Of a stretch of 64,000 bases of DNA, positions 1-10,859 are shown one piece after another. Under the pieces are notes generated by a model. The model saw only the letters and a program-made list of their open reading frames with translations, searched no databases and was not told the DNA's origin. Origin of the DNA: Chiloscyllium plagiosum (lineage: Eukaryota); NCBI RefSeq assembly GCF_004010195.1, contig NC_057711.1:81831549-81895548 (forward strand). The letters run 5' to 3'. A program made the translations under genes and the position numbers. The stretch's first letter is position 1. The number at the start of each line of letters is the position of its first letter.

Positions 1-201
1 GGTATTTACAATCCTCTAGGAGGACTGTTCGATTCATGGTTTGGGAAATGGAAAGGATTAATTGCCTCTGTGTTTATGTCCCTCGGAGGTATGATTATTG
101 TGTTAGTGTTGTGCGGATGTTGTTGTATTCCCTGTATTAGATCTTTGTTAAACAGGGTAATTATTACAGCAATTGAAGGGAAGGCTCCCCCGTCTTACTA
201 G
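1..201 (+). CDS. env: Endogenous retrovirus env, C-terminal end (transmembrane anchor and cytoplasmic tail), 5' part outside window
   Basis: Frame 1 reads GIYNPLGGLFDSWFGKWKGLIASVFMSLGGMIIVLVLCGCCCIPCIRSLLNRVIITAIEGKAPPSY*; W-rich membrane-proximal segment, hydrophobic anchor and CGCCCIPCIR motif typical of fish epsilon-like ERV env; followed by PPT and LTR. TAG at 199-201 may be premature (frame stays open to TAG 277-279). Confidence 0.85.
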   Translation, partial: GIYNPLGGLFDSWFGKWKGLIASVFMSLGGMIIVLVLCGCCCIPCIRSLLNRVIITAIEGKAPPSY

Positions 202-311
202 ATGTCACAGATGGAGAAGGAAACCATGGCTTTAGCAAGGAAGGAAGACTATGCATCAGAGAGCGAATATGATGTATAGAACTGGTTGGTTGGTCTCATT
301 TTCATGAGACC

Positions 312-323
312 AAAAGGGGGACT
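312..323 (+). promoter_or_regulatory. Retroviral polypurine tract
   Basis: AAAAGGGGGAC-T directly before the TG that opens the LTR and downstream of env. Confidence 0.8.
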
Positions 324-982
324 TGTAAATATATTCCTTACTTTAAAAACAGAAGGCTGGCTGGGACTCTGGATGGATTCAGCACTCAAAACCCTGTGGT
401 GACTCTGTAATCCAAGCAGGGGAGGTGGTCACGTGACGTCCCCATCTCGCACCCGGAAGAGGGTGGGCGGTCACGTGGCGTGCCGTTTCGCGCCCCGGAA
501 GAGGGTGGGCGATCACGTGGCGTTCCGTTTCGCACCCCGGAAGAGGGCGGGCAATCACGTGACGTCCCGTTTCGCGCCCCGGAAGAGGGTGGGCGATCAC
601 GTGATGTTCCGTTTCGCGCCTCGGAAGTGGGTCGAGGAGGTCATGTGATGCTCCATTCCGCGGGCAAAAGAAGGTCACGTGGGGTCGGAGAGCTAGGAAT
701 GCGAGGAGGCGGGGAATGGAGTCAGACCAACACCCAATCAGAAGATAATTCTACCTCAGTGTTTATATGACGTTTTTTATTGTATAAAAGACTGAGGCAG
801 GGACAAAACGAGGTCTTACTTTTTGAACTGATACACTTTGTAGTTTGTCAGGGACAAAGAGGTTTAGACCCAGAGCTCTGAATGCTTTGTTCACTTACTG
901 GGTAAAATAAATTAAGAGTGTGAGACCGAATATCTTCTCCTATTGCTTCATTTAAAAGAACACGCAGGACTTGGCTCACACA
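324..982 (+). mobile_element. ERV 3' LTR
   Basis: Starts TGTAAA after PPT, ends ...CTCACACA (980 or 982); CCAAT 734-738, TATAAAA 783-789, AATAAA 906-911 in U3-R-U5 order. Confidence 0.85.
429..684 (+). repeat. 42-bp tandem repeat in LTR U3 (5 good copies plus degenerate ones)
   Basis: TCACGTG starts at 429, 471, 513, 555, 597 (exact 42-bp period); unit TCACGTGRCGTYCCGTTTCGCGCCCCGGAAGAGGGTGGGCGA; degenerate units at 641 and 675. Confidence 0.95.
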
Positions 983-1035
983 TAGAAGAAAGTAAATTTA
1001 AATTGGTAGATTGAGCCAAAGTCCAACAGTTGCTA

Positions 1036-1748
1036 TACAAAGAGACCTTGGAGTGCAGGTTTATAGCTCCTTGAAAGTGGAGTCGCAGGTAGATAGGATA
1101 GTGAAAAAGGCGTTTGGTATGCTTTCCTTTATTGGTCAGAGTATTGAGTACAGGAGTTGGGAAGTCATGTTGCGGCTGTACAGGACATTAGTTAGGCCAA
1201 TTTGCAATATTGCGTGCAATTCTGGTCTCCTTCCTATCGGAAAGATGTTTTGAAACTTGAAAGGGTTCAGAAAAGATTTACAAGGATGTCGCCAAGGTTG
1301 GAGGATCTGAGCTACAGGGAGAGGCTGAACGGGCTGGGGCTGTTTTCCCTGGAGCGTCGGTGGCTGAGGGGTGACCTTAGAGAGGTTTACAAAATTATGA
1401 GGGGCATGGATAATAAATAGACAAAGTCTTTTCCCTGGGGTCGGGGAGTCCAGAACTAGAAGGCATAGATTTAGGATGAGAGGGGAAAGATATATAAGAG
1501 ACCTACGGGGAAACATTTTCATGCAGAGTGTGGTACGTATATGGAATGAGCTGCCAGGGGATGTGGTGGAGGCTGGTACAATTGCAACATTTAAGAGGCA
1601 TTTGGATGGGTATATGAATAGGAAGGGTTTGGAGAGATATGGGTCGGGTGCTGGCAGGTGGGACTAGATTGGGTTAAGATATCTGGTCGGCATGGACGGG
1701 TTGGACCGAAGGGTCTGTTTCCATGCTGTACATCTCTATGACTCTATG
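1036..1748 (+). mobile_element. CR1 LINE 3' fragment
   Basis: Frameshifted ORF2 C-terminus (RDLGVQV, LYRTLVRP, YCVQFWSP, LFSLERRWLRGDL, WNELP) and CTCTATGA tail repeat. Confidence 0.95.
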
Positions 1749-1792
1749 GCTCCGAAAGCTTTTCATAGAAATGTTTGTAAGCACAGGAAGAA

Positions 1793-1990
1793 TCTGAAAA
1801 TGTGTTGCTGGAAAAGCGCAGGAGCAGGAGAATCGACGTTTCGGGCATGAGCCCTTCTTCAGGAATCCTGAGGAAGGGCTCATGTCCGAAACGTCGATTC
1901 TCCTGCTCCTTGGATGCTGCCTGACCTGCGCTTATCCAGCAACACATTTTCAGCTCTGACCACCAGCATCTGCAGTCCTCACTTTTTCCC
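1793..1990. mobile_element. Penelope-derived fold-back element, family A
   Basis: Inverted arms around centre ~1865; same sequence as the 3' end of the Penelope RT fragment at 47384-48285. Confidence 0.85.
1863..1900 (+). ncRNA. Minimal type I hammerhead ribozyme motif
   Basis: GAATC-CTGAGGA-A-GGGC tcat GTCC-GAAA-C-GTC-GATTC: CUGANGA and GAAA boxes, stem I 5 bp, stem II 4 bp, palindromic ACGT in place of stem III, GUC triplet. Mirror core on minus strand at 1831-1867. Confidence 0.7.
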
Positions 1991-2750
1991 TACAAACATT
2001 TCATAATGCTCAAACATTTTCTGAATATTTCAGTCTAGAACTTTCACAGATTGGTGCTATTTTCAGTAAGGAAAGAGCAGCCACGCTGGGTGAGGAACAG
2101 AAATTTAATACTATTTACATTAATTTTCTTAAGGAACTTCCAATATTTTCACCTTACTGTAACAGTTCCTCTTTCCTCTTTATTGTGTTAATCTGCTCCG
2201 AATGCTCATGCACAAACAAGTAATTGATAATTACAAATGATAATTACAATTTTCCTGGAGAATGTGTGTGTGGGGAACAAACTAAGCTTGATTTTAGTAG
2301 TGCTCATGAACAGAGGCCAGTTGCTTATCAAGCATTGGACTACCCACTGTGCCAAAACTTAGGGGTAGAAAGGAAGTGCAATTACTATGTTCAATTATAG
2401 ATGTTTGTGGGATCAGCCCATCCATGGCTTCTAAGCTTCTGGTTCAAGATCTGAAAGCACAGTGGATTTTGCAATAAAAAGGAGGCCACATGCATTTCCA
2501 TGGTAATAACTGACTGTCTGAATATTTCCAACTTGCCACAGTTTCCAAGAACAAAGTTCCCACCAGCTTTTGAAAGCACAACCAGAAAAAGTAATCCTTT
2601 GTGCACGATCACAGAAAATTAAATCAGTGCCCTAGGAATTTTCTCTAATTATGCAAACAAGCACTTGTCTTGCCTTGCTTCCCATGGGAAGCTCTGGAAA
2701 TACTAAAGTAACAACAAGGAGTTAGAATTAGCATTTTTGTAAGCTCATAC

Positions 2751-2836
2751 CAGCTGAAGAGCCATTGTGCAAGGCTGTATCCTTTCTGAATTTCTGACAG
2801 TCATCAGCTGATCGTGGTCGATTTGTATTTGTTGAC
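2751..2836 (-). CDS. Internal coding exon of unidentified zinc-ribbon protein gene (last exon found in window)
   Basis: ttttatttctgtag acceptor, gtatga donor, 86 nt; phase 2 start completes AG|G from exon 28692-28812; reads (R)STNTNRPRSADDCQKFRKDTALHNGSSA with no stop. Confidence 0.8.
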
Positions 2837-5800
2837 CTACAGAAATAAAATAATATCTTTATTCTTAAACTTACTCTAATGGCAGTTTTCAGAGACACAA
2901 TTTATGCTGTCCAAAACAAGTATTGGAGCTTTCATGTGGAAAATCTGCATGCCTGCAGAATGTATGTCATATTATTTTTGGAAACCATTGCATCTTCTAC
3001 GCTACTGTTTCTTATGAGCTCCAGATAAGAGTTTTAAATTTAAGTACCAATCCATGAGACTGAGGCAGAAATGCACTGCTCCACAAAATAAAACTGGAAC
3101 AAAATTTGTAAAATCTCTACTGAGGCATAAATAGATGTTGTATCAAAAATAAATATTGGCTCAAACCTTCCTAGCCAATCAGAACCATGGTATCTGATGC
3201 TGATCAGACAGAAAATTATGGTCTGGATGTTTCAATGGCCAGGTAATCACTCTGCAGCGCAGATGAGAATTGCATATTAGCACTCTGCAGATTTCCCATC
3301 ACAAAAGACAGAGGGAATTGCCTCGGAAATTGAAGATTCCACTGGGGAATTCCCCTGCACTTGGAATCCTCTGAAAGTAACATTTGAAACTGGAAAATTC
3401 AGAGTTCTGCTGAAGTTAAGTAAATAGCAACTCAGGAAAGGTTAGATTATTAAACAGCGAGACTAACTTCAGAGTACCAATTGGTCAGAACAACAAATTA
3501 CTTCAGAGCACCCCACCCCCCCCAACAACTTTCCCCAAACAATTTAAACCCTTTGGACCCTGACCTTTCAAAGTCCATTCATAACTGAGGACTCCATACA
3601 CCTTCTTCTCCCAGACACTATGCATCCTCCCACCGCCGGATCCAGCATTACGATCTATTCCTCACCGCCCCATTCTGTACTCTGCAGCCCTCCATCTCAC
3701 CCAGCCCCCAACCCTGGAATCTAGCAATACCACTCCCCATCCCACATCCCCTCTACCTATGGACCCAAAATGTCCCCTCACCACAACATGCCTTAAATAC
3801 TCCATTCATCTGGAGTGACCACATTGTGTCCCAGTACCTTATCCCCTGTCTCCAGCACCCTATCCACCTGCCACCCTTCTCCCGGGCACTCATTTGGCAT
3901 CCTACTTGGCATTCACGTGACTACAGGCCCAAACCTGGACATTCTATATTGACCCACCAGTGAAGTCATCGGGCTTGATAGAAAATTGGCCAAACTAAAT
4001 TTAACATCAGCCAGCAGCTCTTGACTACAGAGAACAGTGGAAACCAAGGTCAAATAAGTCACAAAGGTTCAGAGGGAGCTAGTTATAACCAGCCTGTGGA
4101 CAGTGTACTGAAAAAATGTCACCCTGACTGCCTCAGTTTGTGCACTTTATATCTTCACTTTATAACAGTGTCGTCTTTGAACCCAGCTCACGACCCCATT
4201 GGCCAAAGGTCATGTAACATTCTGGAAGTTTAGCAGTGAAGTGGGGATAAGCATACACTGGACATTGAGCCCTCAGTGAAGAATCAGCAAGGACTCAGAA
4301 AAGATTCACAGTAATCTGTGAATATGGCAGAAGAATATGTAGTGATCCAGGGGAAGATCTGCCCTGACCTGCAGGACCTACCTTCATGGAGACAGCCAGC
4401 CCTACCCAGAGAGGAAGGAGATTCCAACGGCCCAGGTCGAACACATGGATCACTGTGGGTAATATCCTTTCTCAGACAGATAGAGTTAGATAGCGAATAA
4501 ATACTGTGGGAATTTGGGAAATACTCACATGGAAGATTTTGTTAATAAAACAGAATTGAATCCCAAACCAAATGGTGTCCCTTTGTCCACCAATGTTTTT
4601 AATACATCAGCCAGCCAAAGTGTCCAAAGTACAGGCAGCATTCATATCTGGAATTCCCTAATACCCCTAATCAGGTACCACTTCACCTCCCTGCCACCCT
4701 ATCCACTTTGGCATCTTGCCCTACCTAACACACGAACCTCACACTTAGCTTACAAATGTACCCTTTCAGAATGGACATGTGGCTCCAATTTCTGAAAAAG
4801 AGCCCTGATCAGAATCTCCAGTCAAAAATGTGGAGCTCACTCATTTCATAACAAAGAAGGTGCAGAGTGCAGAATGCATTATGTATGCAATTGTCAATCT
4901 TCAGAAAATCTGGCCTTATGTTCTCTCCTAGTTATGTTTAAAAATGCTAAATATTCAATGCAGGATACAGAAGGAATCCCTCAATGTAGGAATCCACAGA
5001 GAGACCTGCAAAAAGGATCACGTGCCACCTTTCTACAATATCAGTTGCTGTATTTGGGTAACTCCTTAAAGGCTGCAATGTGCTAATGAATAAGATTGCA
5101 TGACTGAAAAGGTAGGTGCATAGAATGAGCAGCTGGGGAGGTAATTGGTTGGATAATCAAGGATCAGGGTAGTTAGGTGGTTGGAGCAGACAGGTTGAGC
5201 CAGGGATCTGGTTTTGGTTAGATTGTCAGAGGATAATTGGAAGGAATGGAGGGGTGGCTTGGGATTTGGGGGTGCGGCAGGGGATCATTACCCAGGCATT
5301 AGACCAGGTTTTAAATCATCTGACATTCCTAAGTAACTAGGAGAAATTGGATAGATCTGTCACGAGTAGTAGAGGAATTGTTCTTTGGAAGTTTAAAAAA
5401 AAATAACAATTATATTCTCTGTTTCAAAAGTTGGAGCCTGACCAATTGAATTTCACAGTAGATAAGCAGGAGGCTAGAGGAGCATAGCAAGCCAGCCAGC
5501 CTGGTATAACCCTTCTTCAGGAATGGGTTAGCATTAGGATTTTTTTTGTCTCTAACTACAGTTGAATTTTACAGCCATCAGAAAATTTGGCAGCCAAGGA
5601 AGACAAGTACAAGAATGAGAGCAAAGGAAATATCCCCTACAGTATTGCTAGTGGACCAGGAGCAGCAAGACTGTTCGCCACCTCATTCTGCTGTTATCCA
5701 TTTCCCCGCTGTTGGCATTCCATCTCCCTAAAGAATCTGCAGGCTTTAGAGACTGAATGGTCACAGGACTGGGCCACCCTCTAGGATCACAGCTTGGAAC

Positions 5801-6059
5801 CTCAACCAAGGTCGGGAGTTGAAATTCACAGGACACATTCCCATAGCAGTTTTCTTTTTGCTCTTGCATTCTGTTTTATATAGAGTTCCCCAGTCTTGAC
5901 CTCCGATTAACTGTCCTAACCCAATTCCCCAAGCCCACACGCCTACCTTTTAAATAGCAATATCATAAAATATTTTTAAGAAATAAAAATTACATTTAAA
6001 CACTATCTTTAAAATTTTTGAGAACTGTTATATAATTTTCTTCTATAGAGTTTAAGTAA

Positions 6060-9000
6060 TATCTCAGCAATGTCACAAACACATATCTTGCAGTTTAAAT
6101 ACTGATGCTGTATCTCAGTGTTAAATAGCTTCATCAATCCTGAGATTATGTCCCCTTGTTCTCAAGTCACTAGTAAATGGAAATATCCTGTCTGTATCCA
6201 CATTTTTTCTGCTAATATAAGAACTTTGTAAGTTTCAATAAGATCATCTCTCATTCTTCAAAATTCTAGAGACTCAGTTTTCCCAATCTCTCCTCATAAA
6301 ACAAATTTGCCATCCTAGGGGTTAATCTGATGAATCTCCATTGCATTCCTTCTATGGCAAGTACTTCCTTCCTTCCAAAACTGTACACAATATTCTGGGT
6401 GTAGTCTTACCAAGGCTCCATATAACCGCAACCAGACATCTTTACTTTGATATTAAAATTGTCTTGAAAGGAATAACTGCATACTATTTGCCTTAATTGC
6501 TTGTTGAATCCTAGCTTTAAATGGCTCATGGACAAAGATGCCAGATCCCTTTGGACACCCACAGTTCCCAGCCTCTGTCCATTTTCGAAATGCTCTGCAT
6601 TTCTGTTTTATCCACCAAAATGAATATTTTCACATTTATTTACTTTATACTCCAACTGCCACATTCAAGCCCATTCCAATCCTCTTGAAGTCTCCTGGAA
6701 TTCCACCCAGTTTGGTGTCATCATCAAGTTTGGAAATATTATGCACGGTCCCTACATCGCAATGTAGATTGTGAATAGTCATGGACCTAGCATTTCCCCT
6801 TTCAGTATTTGTTAGTCCTGAGAAAAACCCATTTATTCTTACTCTTTTGTTTTTGTCTATTAAACAATTCTCAATACTAATTTATCCATCACCTTCTTCA
6901 ATTTCACGTGCTCTACTTACTTCACTAACCTCCTATGTTGGACCTTATCAAAAGCCTTCCAAAAATTTAAATACACCACATCCATTGGTTCTCCTATATC
7001 TAAGCTGCAAATAACATCCTCAAAAGAGAACTTTAACATGTTTGACAAACACAATTTCATAAATCTGTGTCAACTCTGCCTACTTTTACATTTTTTTTCT
7101 AAATTCTGATGTTTATCCTATTGCTGACATCAAGCTAATAGGTCTTTAGTTCTCCATTCAATCTCTTTCTCCCTTTTTCAACAGTGGAGTTAAATTGTTG
7201 CCTTCAGTCAACAAGAACCTTTCTGGAATATATAGAATTACAAAAGATAATCGCCAATGCATCCACTACCTCCACTATGACTTACATTGACACTCTGCAA
7301 GAAACGCACCTGATGTATCAGATTTATCTACCTTCAATCCAGCAAATTATTCAAGTACTACCTTTTTATTAATATTACATATTTTTAGCTCTTCGGTTTT
7401 ACATGTCGCTTGGTTGCCTAGTATTTCTGGGAGATTTCCTGCACAGATGCAAAGGAACTGTTTAGTTTCTCTGTCACTTCCCTGCTCTCCATATATAGTC
7501 TCCTCTCCCCATCTGTAATGGGCCCACATTTATCATTGCTAATCTTTTTCTTTGCACATTGATGGATGCTTATTACAGTTTGTCTTTATTTTCTTCACTG
7601 GCTTAGATTCATATTTTTTATGCCTGACCTTTTTAATTTTTTTCCTTCCTTTGCTGGGTCATAAATTGCTCCCAAATCTTAAGCTTACCACTATTTCTGA
7701 CAATCTTATAAGTCACTTCCATTGATTTAATAGATTTTTGACTTCCTGTATTAACCATGGCTAATCAGCTTGCTCTTTCAGAATCCGTGCCTGAGAAGAA
7801 CATATATCTATTGCAGACCTTATAGTATTGCCTGTCTACTATTAGTTCTTTTCCCAATCCAACCTAGCCAACTTGCCCTTCATACTCTTGGTTTTCTTTG
7901 CTCAGATTTAAGATCCAAGCTTCAGGATAAAAAATGTAATATTCATACTTCACCATTTCCAAAAGGTTGTTTTACAGCAGGGTTATTAATTAGCTTTTCC
8001 TCATCACACAATACCAAATCCAGAATAGCCTGATCTTGAGTTGGCTCCTCAATAAACTGTCCCAGAAACCATCCTGTACATACTCCAGGAATTCATTCTG
8101 CACAATATTAGTGCTGATTAGTCTATATGGAAACTAAAGATAACCATTATTATTGTATTACTCACATAATGTGCATCTCTAACTTACTGATTCAAAGCTT
8201 GCTCAACATTAATGTTACACTTTGGTGTTCTATAAACAATGTCAGCTTCTCCATGCTATTTCTTAATTCCTCCCAAACTGATTTGACAGTGTGACACTTT
8301 GATCAAGGATCCTCTTTTACTGATGTTATCCTTAATTGGGTGCATTGACATACCTCCTTTTCATCTATTCCTCTAAATGTAGAATACCTTGAATGTTCAC
8401 TTTCCAAACTTGGTGAAGCTAAAGAGACATCTCTATAATGGCAATAAAATCACATCCATTAATTACAATATGTGCATTCAAAACATACATCTTTTTTGTG
8501 AATGCTACACACAAAGAGAGTACCTTTAATTCAACCACATTAACATCATTCTCCATTATCGTTCTACATGATGTTCGCCATTGACTCATCTGCATTTTGT
8601 TATAGCTTACTATTTTTCTGCTTCTTTTTCCTAAATGTGCTTTTCTTGAATCTGAGCTCCCTCATAAGTTCCCTGCCCTACTAGAATCTCCCCATGAGGA
8701 ACTTATTCCTCGTCCTGCAGAGATACAACCTGACCTTCCTCAGAACCTGTCCTAATTCCTCAGAAATCTGATGCCCCTCCTCCTACACCAGATTACCAGC
8801 CATGTGAACAGTTGTTCAATTCTCCTATTTCGATGATCAGAAACATGCAAGACTGGAAGTAACCTTACAATTACAAATTAGGAGGTACTGCTTTTCAATC
8901 TCCTTCCTAACTGCTCAAAGTCAGTTTTCAGGACTTCATCCCTCTTACCCGAGTCACTGGCACTGATAGGGCCCATAATTTCCAGTTGCTCATCCTTCTT

Positions 9001-10420
9001 GTGGACAAGGTCAGACCCCCACAAAATATTTTAAGAAGGTTGCCCAGACCCTAACTTTATCTTAATTTAAAGACAGATGTGAAGTGGGTGTTCCAGGTGT
9101 GATGCAACTACTCAAATCACTTGGCTATAAACAAAGCAGAATTTTATTTAAACACTACAGTTGAAACATGAACCCAAAAGAAAGCAGAATTTAACCTCAC
9201 TACTGGAAAACTTAACTGACCCGATACAGCAACTTAACTAATTAACTGTTCCAATACAGTAACATCCCATAAACATATTCCTTGGCAAAAAAGTAAATTC
9301 AAACACAGATTCTTATAGGCAGAAGTCCAATCTGGGAGGGAACAACAAGAGAAATATCAGAGATAGACAGTTAGAAATCATTTACTGAAGCTTGCAACTC
9401 TTCTGGTACTCACATCTTGTGATGCTTACAGCTACAACAAACTAGAAAACCCTGAACTGGGATAACTGGCCATTCCCTTTCCATTGTTAAACTGTTTTAG
9501 CTTTCTAGCTCTCTCGATTTCCCAGCACCTCTGTCTTTACAACTTCTCTTCAAAAAAACCCAGGACAAAACAACCTTTTTAAAGTGACAGCATCAACATA
9601 CCCTCCTCTGAAAAATGTGCTGCAGCCATTTTCTGATATCCTTCACCCTGGCACCAGGGAGGTAGCATAAATTCTGGAGTGATATTTTGAATCAAATTAG
9701 CTTTATTATCACCACATACTCATATCAGTATGTGAAAAGTTTACAAGTCACCACTTACCACACCATCTTAGGTACAAAGATGCCGAGGTACAGATTCTGG
9801 AGTACAAATTCTTGGGGAAAAATGTAGAAAAATAAAGAAATAACAAGTTTAGAATAACAGTCCTTCCATGATTGGATAATGAAAGAAGAAAGAAATAGTA
9901 TTAAAAAAAAATTAGACACAGAAATACCGATGTTCTCCTGACTAAAGAACTAAAGTACTGACTATCAGTACTGCTCTTTCACTCTTCTGCCTCCCGATCT
10001 GTGTAACTAAGCCAACTGTGGTGCCACTGATTTGGCTCGGTCTGCAGTGCTCTGAGGAACCATCACCCTCACCAGTATCCAAAGCAGATAACAGAGAGTT
10101 TCAAATGAGACTGTCTCAGAGTCTGACTGCTCCAGCAGCTGGGTCTCTTGACACTGTTTGGAGATCATCCATTCCTTATCTGTTGCACACACCTAAGCAG
10201 TGGGGTCATCATCTTCCTGCTACCCCTATATTCCCATCACCTTGCAGATACATAACAGTGACTCTTGCAGCTGCTTCATTTCCAAAACCAATAAATCAAG
10301 CTTGCACAAACACTTCCTAGATACATGCTCATCTCAATCGCATGGAGGGCCCACCATTCCACACATTCCATATGCTGTACATTCCATTCAGCCAAGGTGT
10401 CCTGACATAGTTTAACTGAC
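6060..10420 (-). mobile_element. Old, near full-length degenerate CR1 LINE with nested insertions
   Basis: Reverse-strand remnants of RT (6120-7500), endonuclease (to ~8480) and ORF1 esterase/zinc-finger regions (8700-8995, 9600-9670, 9960-10420) colinear with the younger CR1 copies in the window. Confidence 0.7.
9000..9598 (-). mobile_element. Solo LTR, probably Gypsy-type
   Basis: TG...CA bounded ~600-bp block that splits a CR1 ORF1 remnant; minus-strand AATAAA near 9145, layout like the LTR at 25615-26387. No clear TSD seen. Confidence 0.55.
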
Positions 10421-10859
10421 CTGACCATTTATTACAAACAGTATAGTCTACCATTTACTCAGCAACAATTCCTTCTGTTGCACCAAAGAAAGAGCCAAGT
10501 ACTTCACCAAACGCACCCTCCTTGAAATCTGTCTCTGCCTACAAGCCGCACAGAGACCTGTGTATTTACACTCTCTGGAGATACAGAGCAAAACTGGACC
10601 AAACCACTCACCTAATAAGATCAGTTACTCTCCAGTGCAACTGCTATGTCCTGTCCAGACAAAATAGAACAATCCTATTTAGCCAATTACCATTCCATCA
10701 TTCTATTCTCAATTATCAGCAACACGATGGATTATGTCATTCACAATGCACTCAGTTGATTTTAGAATTGATTTTGACCTCAACAATGGGAAACTCAACA
10801 CTTTTGAAAGACGAACCTATAAAATCTTCAGCTAGAAGGGTTGGGTGAGTGATCCATTT

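Noticed and set aside
429..684. CRISPR-like array
   Set aside because: Contiguous tandem units with no unique spacers, inside a retroviral LTR in vertebrate DNA.
379..770. Three overlapping ORFs with repeating peptides
   Set aside because: Artefact of a GC-rich 42-bp (multiple of 3) repeat in U3.
2150..2255. Possible next minus-strand exon
   Set aside because: Available acceptors give immediate in-frame stops in the required phase 1.
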